This document shows positions 49,735 to 64,000 of a stretch of DNA of 64,000 nucleotides, in pieces (the first letter of the stretch is position 1; the number at the start of each line of letters is the position of its first letter). Location of the stretch: assembly GCA_964016885.1 (NCBI GenBank), contig OZ024743.1:256370001-256434000 (forward strand), read 5' to 3'. This DNA is from Eledone cirrhosa. Taxonomy: Eukaryota. Both the position numbers and the translations under genes were made by a program. The notes beneath the pieces were generated by a model that made no database searches, was not told the origin of the DNA, and saw only the letters and a program-made list of their open reading frames with translations.

Positions 49735-52335
49735 CAGCACTCTTCCCATCAAGCATGGAACCTTAATGTTGGAACAATTAGAGATAAGTGCACTGAGATT
49801 GTGGTGATGTATGAGAGGAGAGGAGTAGATGTGTGTAAGAAGAGAGGTGAAAGGCTGGTCCAGCCAGAATTATCACAGGCAAGAAACACCAGTACAAATT
49901 CTTCTGGATGGGTGGCAAAAAAGGTGGGCTAAGTACGAATGTTCCTCACTGAGAGATGGCTAGACCAGGTAATTGTGTTTGTAAGAGTGAATGATAGAAT
50001 ACTACAGCCATTATACCATTTTTATACACCCCACAAGCTGGGCTTGCTGAGGAAAAAAATGAGCATTTCTATGAGGCCCTCCAACAGACTGCCGCAATGA
50101 CAGATATCATTGGTTTTATGACTTCATCAGACAGTTGGGAAACATGAGGATGGATTCCCTGGCATACACCAAGGCTACAGATAGGACACAAGAAATGAGG
50201 ATGGAGCTATGCTTATGGAGTTCTGTGATACTCTTGACTTAATGATCTGCAACAGAAAGTTTAAGAAACCAACCAACCACCTGACTACCTACAAATCAGT
50301 GGGGTACACAAGACAAATAGACTTCATCCTTGCTAGAAAAGAAGACAAGCAAATGGTTGTAAATAACAAGTCCTTTCCTGGGGAGGAACATACCTCCCAA
50401 CATAGATTATATGTCACTGACCTTAGAGCAAGGGCTAAGTGGACTGAGAGACAAAAGTCATTCAGTAGAAGGAAAACTTGGAAGCTGAAAGAGGCTTCTG
50501 TACGTAGATTTTAGAAAATTCTTCTTGAAGGACAGTAAGAAAGGAAGAGGAGTTAGGGACATATGACAGAGAAAAATTGGAAATGTCTATGAGACAACCA
50601 ATTGGAAACCACAAGCCAGATATACAGCTGGAGCAAGGTCCCACCAAGATGGAGGGTGTCATGATGGCGGAATGACAAGTTAGATAGAGCCATTAAATAA
50701 AAAGACAAGCTTGGTGGAATGAAGGAGACAGAAAGCAGTACCAAATAGCAAGAAGAAGGGTTAGATGCCCAGTTTATCTAGCAAGGCAACAGGCAGAAAA
50801 GAAGAAGTTTGCACATGTTCTGTGCCCTGAAATGTTCAGGATTGCAAGAAAATATGTTAGAGAAAATTGTGATGTGGTTGGAGAAACATGTGTTAGAAAT
50901 GACAGTGGAGCACCTGCCATGACATGAAGGAGGCATGGATGACATACTATAAGAGACTGCTGATTAAGGAAAATAAATGGGACAATGAGAGCCTAACCCA
51001 TGCAAAACCTACTGAGGGACTAGCTATAAAATTTAACAGCAGTTATATATATATTGCAATGAAGGACATGAAGGTGGGGAAAGCAGCTGAACCATCCAGT
51101 ATAGTTGCTGAGATGCTAAAAGCATTTGGCATGGTAGGATACACACTAGTCAGACACATAGTCATCGAGTAGTACAGGATGGTGTTATACTCAATGACTG
51201 GTACAGCAGTGTCATTGTAAATGACTACAAGGGCAAAGGGGATGCACTAGAAAAAAGTAACTATAGAGGCATCAAGTTGATGGATCAAGTCATGAAAGTT
51301 ATTGAAAGGGTTATAGTACAGCTAATTAGGGACAGAATCAGACTAGATGAGATGCAGTTCGGATTTATGCCAGGTAGGGCTACTAATGATGCCCTATTTC
51401 TGGTGAGACAACAACAGGAGAGGTATTTAGCTAAGGATAAACCGCTCTATCTAGCATTTATTGATCTGGAGAAGGCTTTTGACAGGGTTCAATGCTCTGT
51501 AATATGGTGGGTTCTTAGGAAGCTAGGTGTAGATGAATGGCTTGTGTGGGCTGTTCAGGTCCTGCATAGAGTGAGTGTTGGTAATGAGTATACTGATGAA
51601 TTTTAAGAGTAGGTGGCGGGTTCACCAGGGATCAATCCTCAGGCCATCACTGACGAGCTTGAAACTGGCACTCTATGGGAGATGCTATATGCTAACTACC
51701 TAATCCTCATAGTTGAATTCGAAGGAGAGTTAGAAGAACAATTTCAAGCCTGGAAGGAGAACCTAGAGCTCAGGTGCCTAAAAGTAAATTGAGCAAAGAT
51801 AAATGTTTTAATAAATAGAAAAGAAGACAGGGAGGTGATACCATCAGAAAGTGGTCTTGTTTGATATGTCAGAAAGGAGTGGGCTTAAATTCCGAAAGGG
51901 GCACACAATGTAAATTACAGATGCACAAGAAATGTAGTGGGATTGCAGGTAGACTAAGGGAAAAGATACACTTTATATATAGGGAAGTAAGCACAAAGAG
52001 CACATGTGAAATTGGTTCCCTCAGCTGCCAAGGGAGCTTCGTAGAAGTTGTTGACAGCTTTTGCTACCTAAGCAATCAAATTGGTAGTTGGGGAGGATAT
52101 GCGGAAAGTGTAATAGCTAGGCTGGATAATAACAGGCTGGAAGAACTTTAGAGTACTATTACTGCTGTTAACAAAAAATACTTTTCTCTCAGAGTGAAGG
52201 ATAGAATGTATGATGCCTGTGTGCAAACTGCTATGCTATATGGCAATGGAACATGGACCTTGGCTGCAGAAAACTGGTAGTAGCTAGATAAAAATGAGTT
52301 TAGTATGCTCCGATGAATGTGTAACATTAGTAGTG
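49735..52335 (+). mobile_element. Near-full-length degenerate RTE LINE (APE + RT)
   Basis: TLNVGT, QIDFILAR, SQHRL, KAAEPS, MQFGFMPGRAT.DA.F, FIDLEKAFDRV, C.KGVG.NS, VVDSFCYL; many stops and frameshifts. Confidence 0.9.
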
Positions 52336-53388
52336 TTTATCAGAGTCAACAGCCATCCACCCCAACTGGCCTATCATGGTGAGTACAGCTACACTCTTAA
52401 CATGACCAAAACCAAACAGAAAGTAGTGGAGGTCAACCAGGGAGGGAATCCTCCAACATCAGGGAGATGGCCCTAGATCGGTTTGCATTGCAGGATGTTC
52501 AAAACCCACCCTTCTCACTAAGCATGCTCACTAAGGGAGACAGGTATGCCTGGGCGACTGCTGGTCTTCCAAAAAACATTTTCCCCAGGTTAGTGTCTCA
52601 TAGAGGAACTTTCTAGGGGCAAAACACATGGTCATTCATGACCAAAGGGGGCCTTTACCTTTTATAAACTAGATACTCACTACAAGTTGAAATAAAATTG
52701 TGCCATATTTTTTTCAAGAGAAACCAATTTGAATGTCATTTCATTTATTGTAAAAACAGATTTTATATTTCACAGGGATTTTTATTAGTAATAACACTAC
52801 AGCTACTCTATCATGATGTATGAGGTGAATGTTTTAAACGTATGGAACAGCAGATATTCATTTTTCATTAGATTATTTTTGTTTATTGTAAAACCGAAAA
52901 CATTTCAATTAAATTATTTTGTTACTTCTGCTCATCAATCTATTATGAGTTTCAAATATGCTTTCTTAGTTGTTTTTTTTTTGCTTTTATTCTGTTCCAT
53001 TATTATTATTCTCATCATCATTATCATTATCATTATTATTACTATTATTTTGTATTATTATCATTATTTTTATTGTTGTTATTATATCTACTCTTTTCCC
53101 ATTTTTGATTTTCCAACCCCAATTCACATTACTTGACGTAAAACCCTACTTTCAGTTTGTGCTGTGTGATATTTAAACCCCTATACTGTCCCCAATGTTA
53201 TGTATTCTTGTGGGCAATAAAATAAGATATTATCTTCATTATTATTATTATTAGTAGTATTGTTTTTGCTTTGTTTTGGATATTTTTCTTTATAGTTTAT
53301 AAAAGTGGTGGGGGGGGGGGGATATGTCAGGATGTCGAAATATTTTCAGCTTGGCTAACGATTTAAAATTTATCCATTGTTGTTTTTG

Positions 53389-53475
<87 letters not shown>

Positions 53476-53928
53476 TTGTTATTATTATTGTTATTATTAT
53501 TATTATATTTTTCCTACTATTTATTTTCGATTTATATTTTCATTTTATTTTCCATATTTTATTTAAATTTTTAACTTTGAGTCTTTTTGTTTGTATGTTA
53601 AAGGATAATGGGGGAAGGAAAAAGAATAGGACAAAGGATGATGATGATGATGAGAGGAAGAGGAGGCAGAGAGGACGATGTTGAAATATTTTCAGCTTGG
53701 CCAGATATTTAAAGTTTTAAAATACTCTCGAAACATCAAAATGTCAGAATAATTCACTGAACCATCACAATCCTCAATTTCTTGTTAGTTTCTTTTATGT
53801 TTGTGTTTTGTTTTATTTTATTTTATTTACTTATTTAAGTGTGATACATTTTAATTATGATTTATCAGGGAACAGTTTCGCTTATGTAGCAAATTGAAAA
53901 TGATGAAATAATAATAATAATAATTAAA

Positions 53929-53989
<61 letters not shown>

Positions 53990-55632
53990 TGATAATAATA
54001 ATAATAAAAAAAATTAAAATTTATAAAATATAATATGATATATAAAAATCATGACAGAAAAATATAAAACTTGTATATGCATATTCATTTACACATACAT
54101 AAATACACACATGCATACATATACACACACAGAACGCACACAGACACACATCCATACATAGAAGAGAAACCCTTCATGGAGACAGTATCATTAGTATCAA
54201 CAACAAAAATTCCACCTCCCACCTCATCCCCACCACTAAAAATTCCTCCTTCTTCAAATGAAACCAAATGAAATATGCAAAAATTGATATGATGTGTAAT
54301 TCTTTCACTTATTTTCAATATTCTATTTTATTCTCATTATTTATTGAAATTATTTTATTTATTTAAAAAAATTGATGTAATATTTAGGTGTGACCATTGT
54401 GTATTAATTGGTTTAGAGGAAATTTATGCAAGGTTTCATACATTTTACTCCCATTAGAAATAAGATAGATTTTTTCTGTTTAATTTAGAGTATACTGTTT
54501 AGTAATTTTTAAATTCTAGCGGGCAATACAAATTCTAGAAATTAGAGATGATAAAGCATTTATAAAAAATAAATGATACATAACTGTGTATTATAGATGC
54601 AGGCAAGCATGGTTGTATGGTTTAGAAGTTTGCTTCTATGAAACATAGTTAGTTGAAACATAGGGGCTGTCAATAAGTAAGCCACTGAGGTGCTCCTTGG
54701 CCCTTTTCAAATACATATATAAGTTATAATATTATATACATGAAGGCCATGGGCAAAAGTAAAGTTATAATTGTGCCATTGTATTCTGTGGGGTTCAGTC
54801 CTTTTTAAATATTTATATGTAAGATATGGTATTACAAACAAATAGACAAAACTAAACCAAATAGAAATTAGGCCATTAGAAAAATCTGATCCTTGGCATA
54901 AAGTAAACGTTGATATGATGATTAAAGTTATGATCTCTTTAGAACCTGCCCTGATTGTATTATGCCAGTAAAAAAAAAATGAACGACATCCCAAAGGTAG
55001 ATGGAGACAAGAGAGTAAAATATAGTGTCAATATCATTCATGGGCAGAACTCAATACAATGACAAAAAAAAACAGGAAAAAAAGGAAATGAACAATTAAA
55101 ATAATAAGGCAGCAACATTTAAAAGAACAAGAAGGACATGAAGGATAAAGAAGGACAAAGAAGGATAAGAAGGACAAGAGCTTCTTCTGCCCCCCAAAAC
55201 ATAGTAATAGATTCCACAGCCAAGAGAGTGAAGTCACCATTGAGAGACAGAAATGAATGTGGGAAAGTTAAGAATCAAAGTGGCTTTTATCATGTACAAG
55301 AAAAAGCCACATATAAATAATAGATTGGAAATTCATAAAGCAGATTGGCTACTATAATGACTCCACGCATGCCTATTTTAGACACATAGACCAGTTAGGG
55401 AAGAATACATCGATTGTTCTTTTTTGTTTTGAACCATTTCCATTTCACATTTGAAAAGAGGGAACTAGCCCAGAGATATGATGTTGAAATATACTGGGTA
55501 AAACATTAATTTATTTTGTTATATTTTTTATCCTTTGCCCTTTATGTATTTCTATTGTACTGTCCTCACTTTTTGAAACTTAGTTATTTATAGCCTCAGT
55601 CGTATGGCTGGAACAGGTAAAAGAGTAAAAGA

Positions 55633-55695
<63 letters not shown>

Positions 55696-58600
55696 GTTAC
55701 CAAACACTGTTAGTTGAATCATAATTTAATTTACACATGTTTCATCCACCTGAAACTCTTCAGAATTCATCAAGTTATAAATACCTCAATGCATTCATCT
55801 CTTCCAAATGCACAACAATCCTGATAACATTTTGTTTTTTTACCTACATCTTTCCACTTTTTATATTTGAAAGCAAATTCCTTTATATTATATGTGTGTG
55901 TGTCTGTGTGTGTGTGTGCGTGCGCATTTGTGCACGTGTATGTTTGTGATTATTTGTAACATTAGCATTTATGTTTCCATATAAGGTGATTAAAGATAAT
56001 TATGTTTGCTCTCACCATACAGGAGACATTATAATCTAATTCAGAAAAATACATTTTGAAAAATACACTACGATAACAATGTTCCATCATGGTCAAACCC
56101 CATTGGCTGGAATGAGTCAAAGTTATGAAAATAAAGGCGTTTAAACAGAAGCAAAAATTGAAATAGATTACCAAAAATGGTTTATAATTTTACCTTGTAT
56201 TGTAATATTTCAACTCAAAATTTCCTTATCAAGGAAATGGTGGATGGGTAGCTCCAGCTACAAAACAAAATTAATTAAACAGTCAGTTTTCAATTGCTAA
56301 TATTATGAAGGAGTGGCTGTATCATATCATTTAGGAATAATTTATAATTTTGTTGTGTTGATTTGAGGAAGGGATTTTTGTCAATGTGTTAATTTGTGAA
56401 AGGAAGAGGCACATTGGCAGAGTTGTTCGGGGTCAGATTAAAAATGCCTTGATATTTGTTCTGGCTCACTGAGTTCAAATCATGCAAAAGTGAACTTTGC
56501 TTTCACACTTTGAGGGGTCGATAAATAATGTACCAGTCCTGTACTGGGGATGTTATTTTCTTTTTTGTTCATGAGAAAGAACCAGCTATATAACAAACCT
56601 GGAGAAAAGTGAGATCTACAAAGTTTTAAATGCCCAAGACATGCCTTTTGACAAGACAGTATCCCAAAGACTGATCTATTTGTTTAATCAACATATGTAC
56701 GAAAATTGGGATACAATAATTTGAGGAGATGACTATTTTCAGCATACCTGGTAACATTTAGAATAAAGTTATTTAAGAGAGCTACTGAAGAAAGGTATCA
56801 CATTCACTACTAATTGATGTGGTCATCTTATGCAGTCATCTTATTGGTCATCTGTAAAATGTAGACTTCCAAAGATGGTAATATGCCTTTACCAGGCACA
56901 AAATGTAGGTCTGTGCAAAGCCATGGCTAGATGAGATATGTAGGCCCCAAACTGCTCATTAAATATTTCTGTATTCAATGCTAAATACACATCAGCTTTT
57001 TATGGGTTATATGTACCTACATGCACATGTAAGACAGCAAATAGAAGGGGTTTTTAGAACATTGGATAGAATGTACTGAAGCATCAATTCTGGCTCTGTG
57101 CAATCTGAAATCAAATCCTGCTGAGGATAAAGTTGCCTTTCATTTTCTCATGGTTGATAAATCAAATACTAATCCAGTATTGGGGTTGGTTCTTCAACTA
57201 TCTCTCTTTAAATTCATCTGGGAATAATTGCTTATTTTAAAATCTGGAGTGAGATGGGCTCTACCAGGTTTTAAATACCCATTTGGGCAGCCCAACTTCC
57301 TCAGATGTGATAGGCCCATTCCAAACATGAGCATGCAATGTATATGATGTACTTACAGGTAACAAAATAATGAAGGGATCAGAACTTGAAGTGGGTCCCT
57401 TCAGAACTACTGACCAGTGCAAAGTGGTGAGGCTGTTCTTCCAGTTTATCTGATCTGACCTACCTATACCCATATTGAACAGTGAAGGTATGACAATATT
57501 GTAAGGTATGGTAGTATTGTAAGCCGTCAGTGTTGACACTGTGGTATTATATGGCAAACAAAAGACTAATGTGTTTTTACAAAGGTTGAGAGAAAGAGGC
57601 TGTAACATTTACATAATCATTGTTTTTCAATCATTGAACTAATACCAATAATTATACATCATCAATCAGAAACTTCCTATTCAATAACACCCATTTCATT
57701 TCAGTGATCAATCAATACAAACAACAATCAATGTTAATCCATATTTGTTCTATATTTTGAAAAATCACCTCACTGCCTTTCTAACAATTCTAGCCACATT
57801 TCATACATTCCAGTTATTGGCAGTTGCTGTTTCTGTCCATGATGAAAATTCCTGTCTTTGATAATTACACAACATCACATATTTGAAATATTTTGCATTA
57901 TTCCATGTGGTTTTAGTACACAATCTGTTTTAATACAAAATATATTTCCCTGCTCTATTGTTCTTTAAACCTTTCATTACCATATTTCTAATGAAAGACA
58001 CTGCTTATGATTTTCAAATCATTTTGAAAATAATAAAACATTTGGAAGAGTTTCGTAATATAACTAGCTTTTGCATTATTAAGTTGCTATTTCCTGCATA
58101 ACTTAAAGGTTCTTAGAAAAATATTATGATGGAAAGATTTTAGATAAATACTAACACTTAATCATTTCGATATCATATTTTTAATGAAAGATTCAACCTA
58201 TAGTTTTGAAAATAATCAAGAATTTGAAGGAAATTAGTAATATAACTAAGTTTCTTGTTATCTGTCTAATGTTTGGAATCTACTTTACTAAAGGTTCTTA
58301 CAATGTTGGAAAGGCTTTAAGTAAATATAAAGACTTTAACTTTTTCGTTATTATATTTCTAATGTAAGACATTAATTTTGAAATAATTGTGAAAATATTG
58401 AAGAATTTGAAGATATTTTATGAAATAAACAACTTTCCCATTAAGATATTGTTTGCAGCATAACATAACAAAGGTTCTTACATAAAATTATGGAAGAAAT
58501 GTGTTTTAGATTAATTTACATACTTTAAAATTAATAGCTTTATTTGATTGAACTAGGAGTGGTTTCAAGTAGTTTGGTGTCAGAAGGAATGAAACGTTGC

Positions 58601-58890
58601 ATTGTGTTTTATTATGGTTCACATTGCTTTGCCAAACTTACTGGTAAGGGAAGTTTCAATGATACTGCTTGAGAATAGGAAAAGCACGATGAGGTTTGGT
58701 GGCCTCAGACTCTGCTAAACATCAGACATGGAATTACAAAAAAATTGGATCCCCATCCCTCATATTGCTATTGTCTCCATTGTTCCTCTTGATTATTTCA
58801 TGAATTCTTCCTCTTAGAGACAAAATATTGAACACAAGGTTAGAGAGAAGCTTTAAATGAAGACTGTGTTCATATCTGCATATATGTGTG

Positions 58891-59300
58891 TCATCATCAT
58901 CATCATCATCACCGTTTTACGTCCGTTCTTCTACGCTAGCGTGGGTTAGACGGGTTGTCCTGTTGTGGGCAGTGTCTGGTCGGCTGACCATGCATTGCTC
59001 ATACAGGAACTGATTTGGCTTGATTTCTACAGCTGGATGCCCTTCCTAACACCAACCTCATTTACAGTGAGTGGTGGGTGCTTTTTCGTGGCGCCTACAT
59101 GTCCACTTTACAGTGTGGGCTGGGTGCTTTTTTGCCGTGGCACCTCCACGACTACCTTGCAGTGGGAGGGTGTGGGGGCATATTGTCTATATACTTCAGC
59201 TTGTACCCATGGGAGGTCGGGTACTCTGTATTACTGCGTGACGCCAGAGGTCACGGTCGTGTGTCATCGCTTTTGAGAGGTGTAATTGGGTAAGTGTATT
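58891..59300 (-). mobile_element. RTE 3'UTR fragment
   Basis: (CAT)n-cgttttacgtcc tail and ctacagctggatgcccttcctaacaccaacc, shared with 2700-2850. Confidence 0.7.
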
Positions 59301-60619
59301 TATACAAATGTTTGTAACATTCATACATATGTGCACACGTGCACATATGTATGAATGCAAGTCAGGTCACTCTTCAGAACTACTGGTAACATGTAACCCA
59401 GTACATCCTGTGTATGATCGGGTCATTGGCAACTATAACCACAACCCCACTTGGTGAGGAAGGGGATTTTGGACATCCCACAGGATGAAAAACACAACCT
59501 GTCAAAAGGCGGAGGAACTTAGGAGAGTCAACAAACATCTAATAAAGTTGTTTTTTATGGGAGCAGTGGAGTAATAGACTCCTTGTCTTCATGAAGACAT
59601 TATTCTAGGAGAAGTTCACTCTGATGTAAAACCTGTCACTCCATATGCAGTCATTGATGTAGACCAGTTATACTTTTTGGGTAAATCTATTTAATTTTCA
59701 GAGAGTGGGATTGCTTTCATGCAAAGCCTTTCCTCACTTACAAAAGCTTAAAGCACAGTCATCACTTGATATGTGACATACTTTGCGTTGCATGGCATGG
59801 TTGGCCATAACCGAAAGAATGCGATACCACATTGTAAGACTTACAGCATGAGCCCCCCCCCCCCCCCCCCCTCATGAAAGCATCTGTGTGCAAGTCCCTA
59901 GCAGGACTAAAAAGCCATGTCAATGCTGCTCATGTGAACGTATCAAGCAATAGTTTTACTTGAAATCTATTTTCAGCTATCATGCATGCATGTATGTATG
60001 TATGCATGCATAACTATATAAGTATATACAAATAAATATGTATATATATATTTTTTTTTCACATGATCATCATCATTATTTCATATATGAGGTTAACTTT
60101 ACTTTTCATTTTTACATGGTTGATGAAATAAAGTACTAGTAATGCCCTGGGGTCGATTTAAATCCCCCCCACCCAAAAATAAAATATTGTTGGCCTTGTG
60201 CCTAAATCAGAAATCATTATTTCAAATCCGTATCTCCATGTTTTCATGTGTATATATATATATGTCTCTTTCTCTCTCCCTCCCTCTCTGCTGAAAATAA
60301 GACATCGGAAGCCACAGATATAGTATAAAAAAAGAAATAGATAGATAATGACATAGATAGACAACTAAATAGATGGAGAAAGAGTGGGAGAAAGAAGGAA
60401 GCGAGACCATTCTCAAAGAAGATATGGGGTAGGTATGTTACGTGTGCTAAGTGACCTAGGGTTACTCAATCTTCATGGTAACCAAGGATGATAGAATTTT
60501 ATTGTTTTAGGGACTGTTATGTGTTATAAATTAATAGCTCTGGTAAGTTCTTTCAATGTATCACCATGTTGATAGTAATAAGACTTTATTTGGGTTTGGG
60601 GAAATAAAAGAAATTGGTA

Positions 60620-61000
60620 TTATGATTATCACCATCATATTCATCATCATTAACATCATCATCATTATCATCATAAGAATAGAATTGCTTTCATTTATTG
60701 TTGTGATTTTCAACAGCACCAGCATCATCATCATCACCCTCAACAACATTATCATCAGAATCATCATCATCATCACTCTCAACAACATTATCATCAGCCT
60801 CATCATCATCACCCTCAACAGCATTATCACCACCATTACAATTTTCATCTTTAACTGCATTCATTTTTCATCATTCTCACTGACATCATAGCAAAGTGGT
60901 TATATATTTATTATCATCATTTTCCTACACATTCACTTCATCATCACCATCAACAGCATCAAAAGTATCTTCTTAGCCTCATCATCATTATCGTCATTGT
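60620..61000. repeat. (CAT)-derived low-complexity region with a ~33-39-bp minisatellite
   Basis: catcatcatcaccctcaacaacattatcatcag repeated three times at 60723-60830. Confidence 0.8.
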
Positions 61001-61295
61001 CACAGTGAATATTTTGATGAAACAATTTCATTTAGGCAAACACAAACTTAACATCAATACATATATATATATATAAAATGATATGAAACGAAAGGAGCTG
61101 TTTGGTTACTAAAAACAAGGTTTAGGATGGTGGTTAGGACGGAACAGGAGGAGAGAGGAAGAAAGGAGTTTCTATCTTCAGATGTAAATGTTTCCCGAAC
61201 CGATGTTTCGGCGCTGAATTACAGGACATCGGTGTAGTTTGGGTGCGCCCGAGGCCTTTTATTAATCAAAAGGCCAGGAAGAAAAGGAGAAAGAG

Positions 61296-61333
<38 letters not shown>

Positions 61334-61692
61334 AACAAATTATAAATGTAAACATGTAAGTATGTTTTTTAAACGGTGTGCGAGTTTGAAATTAGAAATT
61401 AGAAAATATAAGTTTTCACCGTATTTTAGACTAAAGAAATTTCTAGCCTGATAGTGGGGTTTATAACCCTCGAAGAAATGGAAAAAGATGAGTGTTGCCG
61501 TATATATATATATATATATATTTACTCTGTTTAAATATATATACATCTCAACTAATTTGGTTAGCTGAAAGCAGACTGTTGACAACAGCCAGTTTCAACA
61601 AAACATAATCAACATCTGTATCTTCAGTCAAGCCTTTTGTTTGACTCACTGCAAACATTTGTATACTTTACTGTCAGCTGACCAAGTTATCA

Positions 61693-61934
61693 TATTTGCT
61701 ACTTATTGCACCTGAGCATTGGCCATATATAAAGTCTACGTTCTTAGATAGTTTACCTGTGATCCCACTACATCTTTTATGTACCCATACTTTGCATTTG
61801 GGACATAAAATGGAATTTCTGCCTACTCCTTTCCTACACACTGAACATGGCCATTTACCTGAGGGCACCTGTGACTTTTTTCCTTTCTACAAACTAGAAC
61901 TTTAGTCTTAGACAAGTTAACTTTAAGGCCTTTT
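61693..61934 (-). mobile_element. RTE LINE internal fragment
   Basis: PSGKWPCSVCRKGVGRNSILCPKCKVWVHKRCSG, close to 3690-3935. Confidence 0.85.
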
Positions 61935-62979
61935 AAAATATTGCCTCAAACCATCCCATACAAAGCTATGGAAGCATGGAAGGGTGGACGTAAAAACGAT
62001 GATGATGTTGATAATACGCATAGAGAATGTACAGTCCTCATTCACATTTGTACCATGGCATTGTTAATGATTTTGCAGGCCTTTATCATAGCAATCAGAA
62101 AGTAACATCTTCTCAGCCCTCTCACCCCAATAGTTATAGGGTGAGAGGGCAGCACCATCACTGACTGGATTCTTCATTTATCAGCATATTTATAACAGTA
62201 GGTACTTTTTGCTATTTTAATCTGATATTAGTAATATTTATACAAATCTGTTGAATAGTACAACATACAAGACAAGAGTGTCTCTAAAATCCTTTAAGTA
62301 CATAATTAAATTGAAATTATGACTCATGCATATATGTAACAAAACCTGCCATACACAATCACCAAAAGACTGATCCGTGACCTCTACTAAAAACCTAGAT
62401 AATATTCTCGTGTAGAAGGCTCAAGGTGCCAGAATGTCCCAAAAAAGAAAAGTTGAAAAAGCCATATGTTTAATGATTTGGGAAACCTAATTCTTATATA
62501 TATTTTCTTCTCTTGACTCACTGAAACATACTTCATTACTCACTTGCCATTACTCAATCAACAATCTATTCACTCCTTCAACTACTTCAAAAACTTCATC
62601 TTGCAACTCATACTACCATCTAACAAAACAACTAAACAGAGCAACAAACAATCTTCTTTACCCCACTAAATATATACATAGATTAGATACAGAAATAAAC
62701 TTCTAATATAAATATGTACTGAGTTTGCATAAATTTCATATCATAAAACAGAAAGTATGTATATTACATATATGTATTCAAATGTTATGTTTTGTGAAGG
62801 AACAAGAAAGGCGAGGGGTGGCATTCTATGCATGTAAAATATATTTTATTTAAACTGAATTTTTGTCCATCCTACTCTTCATACTACTGTGGTATTCAGA
62901 TGCATACTCACATTTATAAAATGAATTATACATATATTTATATATATACATAAATGTAGAGAGAGAGGGAGATGATATT

Positions 62980-63016
<37 letters not shown>

Positions 63017-63555
63017 GCATACATTTGAACACACATACAAATACCTACATACACATACATAGTTATGTATATAATCACATATTCTTTTTGATAGAGAAAA
63101 ATATAATGATGGATAGCCTAATGTAAATATTTGCATCATCTCAGTGCAGTAAGTGTTAGAAGTATGTGAAATATGAAACGTCAACACCATATTCTCTGAT
63201 GTGTACAGCAAACAATGGCTAGACAGAGATGATATGTATATTAAATACATACTGAATGTGTATACATAAATATATAACTATATACCTACCTTTGTATTGA
63301 TCAATCAGACAAAAATGTAGTTGATATTATTATTCCAAGATGAACAAGATTTTATATGTATTATGTTTGCTTTGCAGTTTTTATCAAAGACTACTTGTGT
63401 TGATGTTCAGCCAATGTTTACTATTTAGAAGCTATAAAGTGTTAAACATTTCAATATATATTATATCCCTCACTGCTGCATTGAAACACACTATATACAC
63501 AGTTTACATCATACTGTATGCATATATGTATGAGTGTGTATATATATATATATAT

Positions 63556-63885
63556 ATATACAATATATTAATAAATGGAAACTATATTTATAAAACCATA
63601 TTTATTTTATTATACATATTTCAAGGGCAACCAAGGCAAATTATGGTGCGCTTTCATCAGATACAATACAGATTTGTTTTATAAATAAATATTGACATAC
63701 CCGGAAAAAAAGACAACGTTAAGGTTGTCTTGTTTTCCAGGTATGTCAATATTTATTTATAAAACAAATCTGTATTGTATCTGATGAAAGCGCACCATAA
63801 TTTGCCTTGGTTGCCCTTGAAATATGTATAATAAAATAAACATGGTTTTATAAATATAGTTTCCATTTATTAATATATTGTATAT
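63556..63885. mobile_element. ~330-bp near-perfect palindrome with a hammerhead in each arm (63774-63837 +, 63604-63667 -)
   Basis: Centre aagacaac-gttaag-gttgtctt at ~63720; attgtat-CTGATGA-aag..gcacca...tggttgc.ctt-GAAA-TATGTA-TA|ataaaat. Confidence 0.82.
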
Positions 63886-63950
63886 TTACTCCACTAAACT
63901 GTTGAGAGCCTTATATCAGTTATACATTTTTTAAAATTAAATATAACCTC

Positions 63951-63986
<36 letters not shown>

Positions 63987-64000
63987 TGTATATATGTATA

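Noticed and set aside
56194-56258. Exon-like segment on the minus strand (ttttgtag...AAG|gtaaaa)
   Set aside because: Stops in all three frames and no NIPBL similarity; at most a non-coding or poison exon, unsupported without RNA data.

Overview
Repeat-dense eukaryotic DNA. The (TA)n/(CA)n load, tRNA-derived SINEs and RTE LINEs suggest a coleoid cephalopod such as Octopus, but this is inference. The only host gene I can support is Nipped-B-like (NIPBL/Scc2), with two minus-strand exons at 40165-40251 and 39497-39728; the rest is most likely its large introns. These regions hold four Penelope-like retroelements (RT plus C-terminal GIY-YIG), RTE and CCCH-ORF1 LINEs, a non-autonomous LTR element, a Helitron carrying a hAT MITE, a mariner remnant and SINEs. 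The main unexplained signal, invisible in the ORF track, is about 30 hand-folded type-I hammerhead ribozyme (HHR) motifs from more than 10 sequence families. They occur in Penelope pseudo-LTRs and in small non-coding tandem or fold-back inserts, mostly in (TA)n tracts. These include a 3x310-bp HHR tandem array (retrozyme-like), a family with fixed-spacing octamer-TATA-HHR architecture (snRNA/U6-type promoter), and several non-canonical catalytic cores (U3-A8, U4A, U4C). All folds and alignments were done by eye; ribozyme activity is untested.
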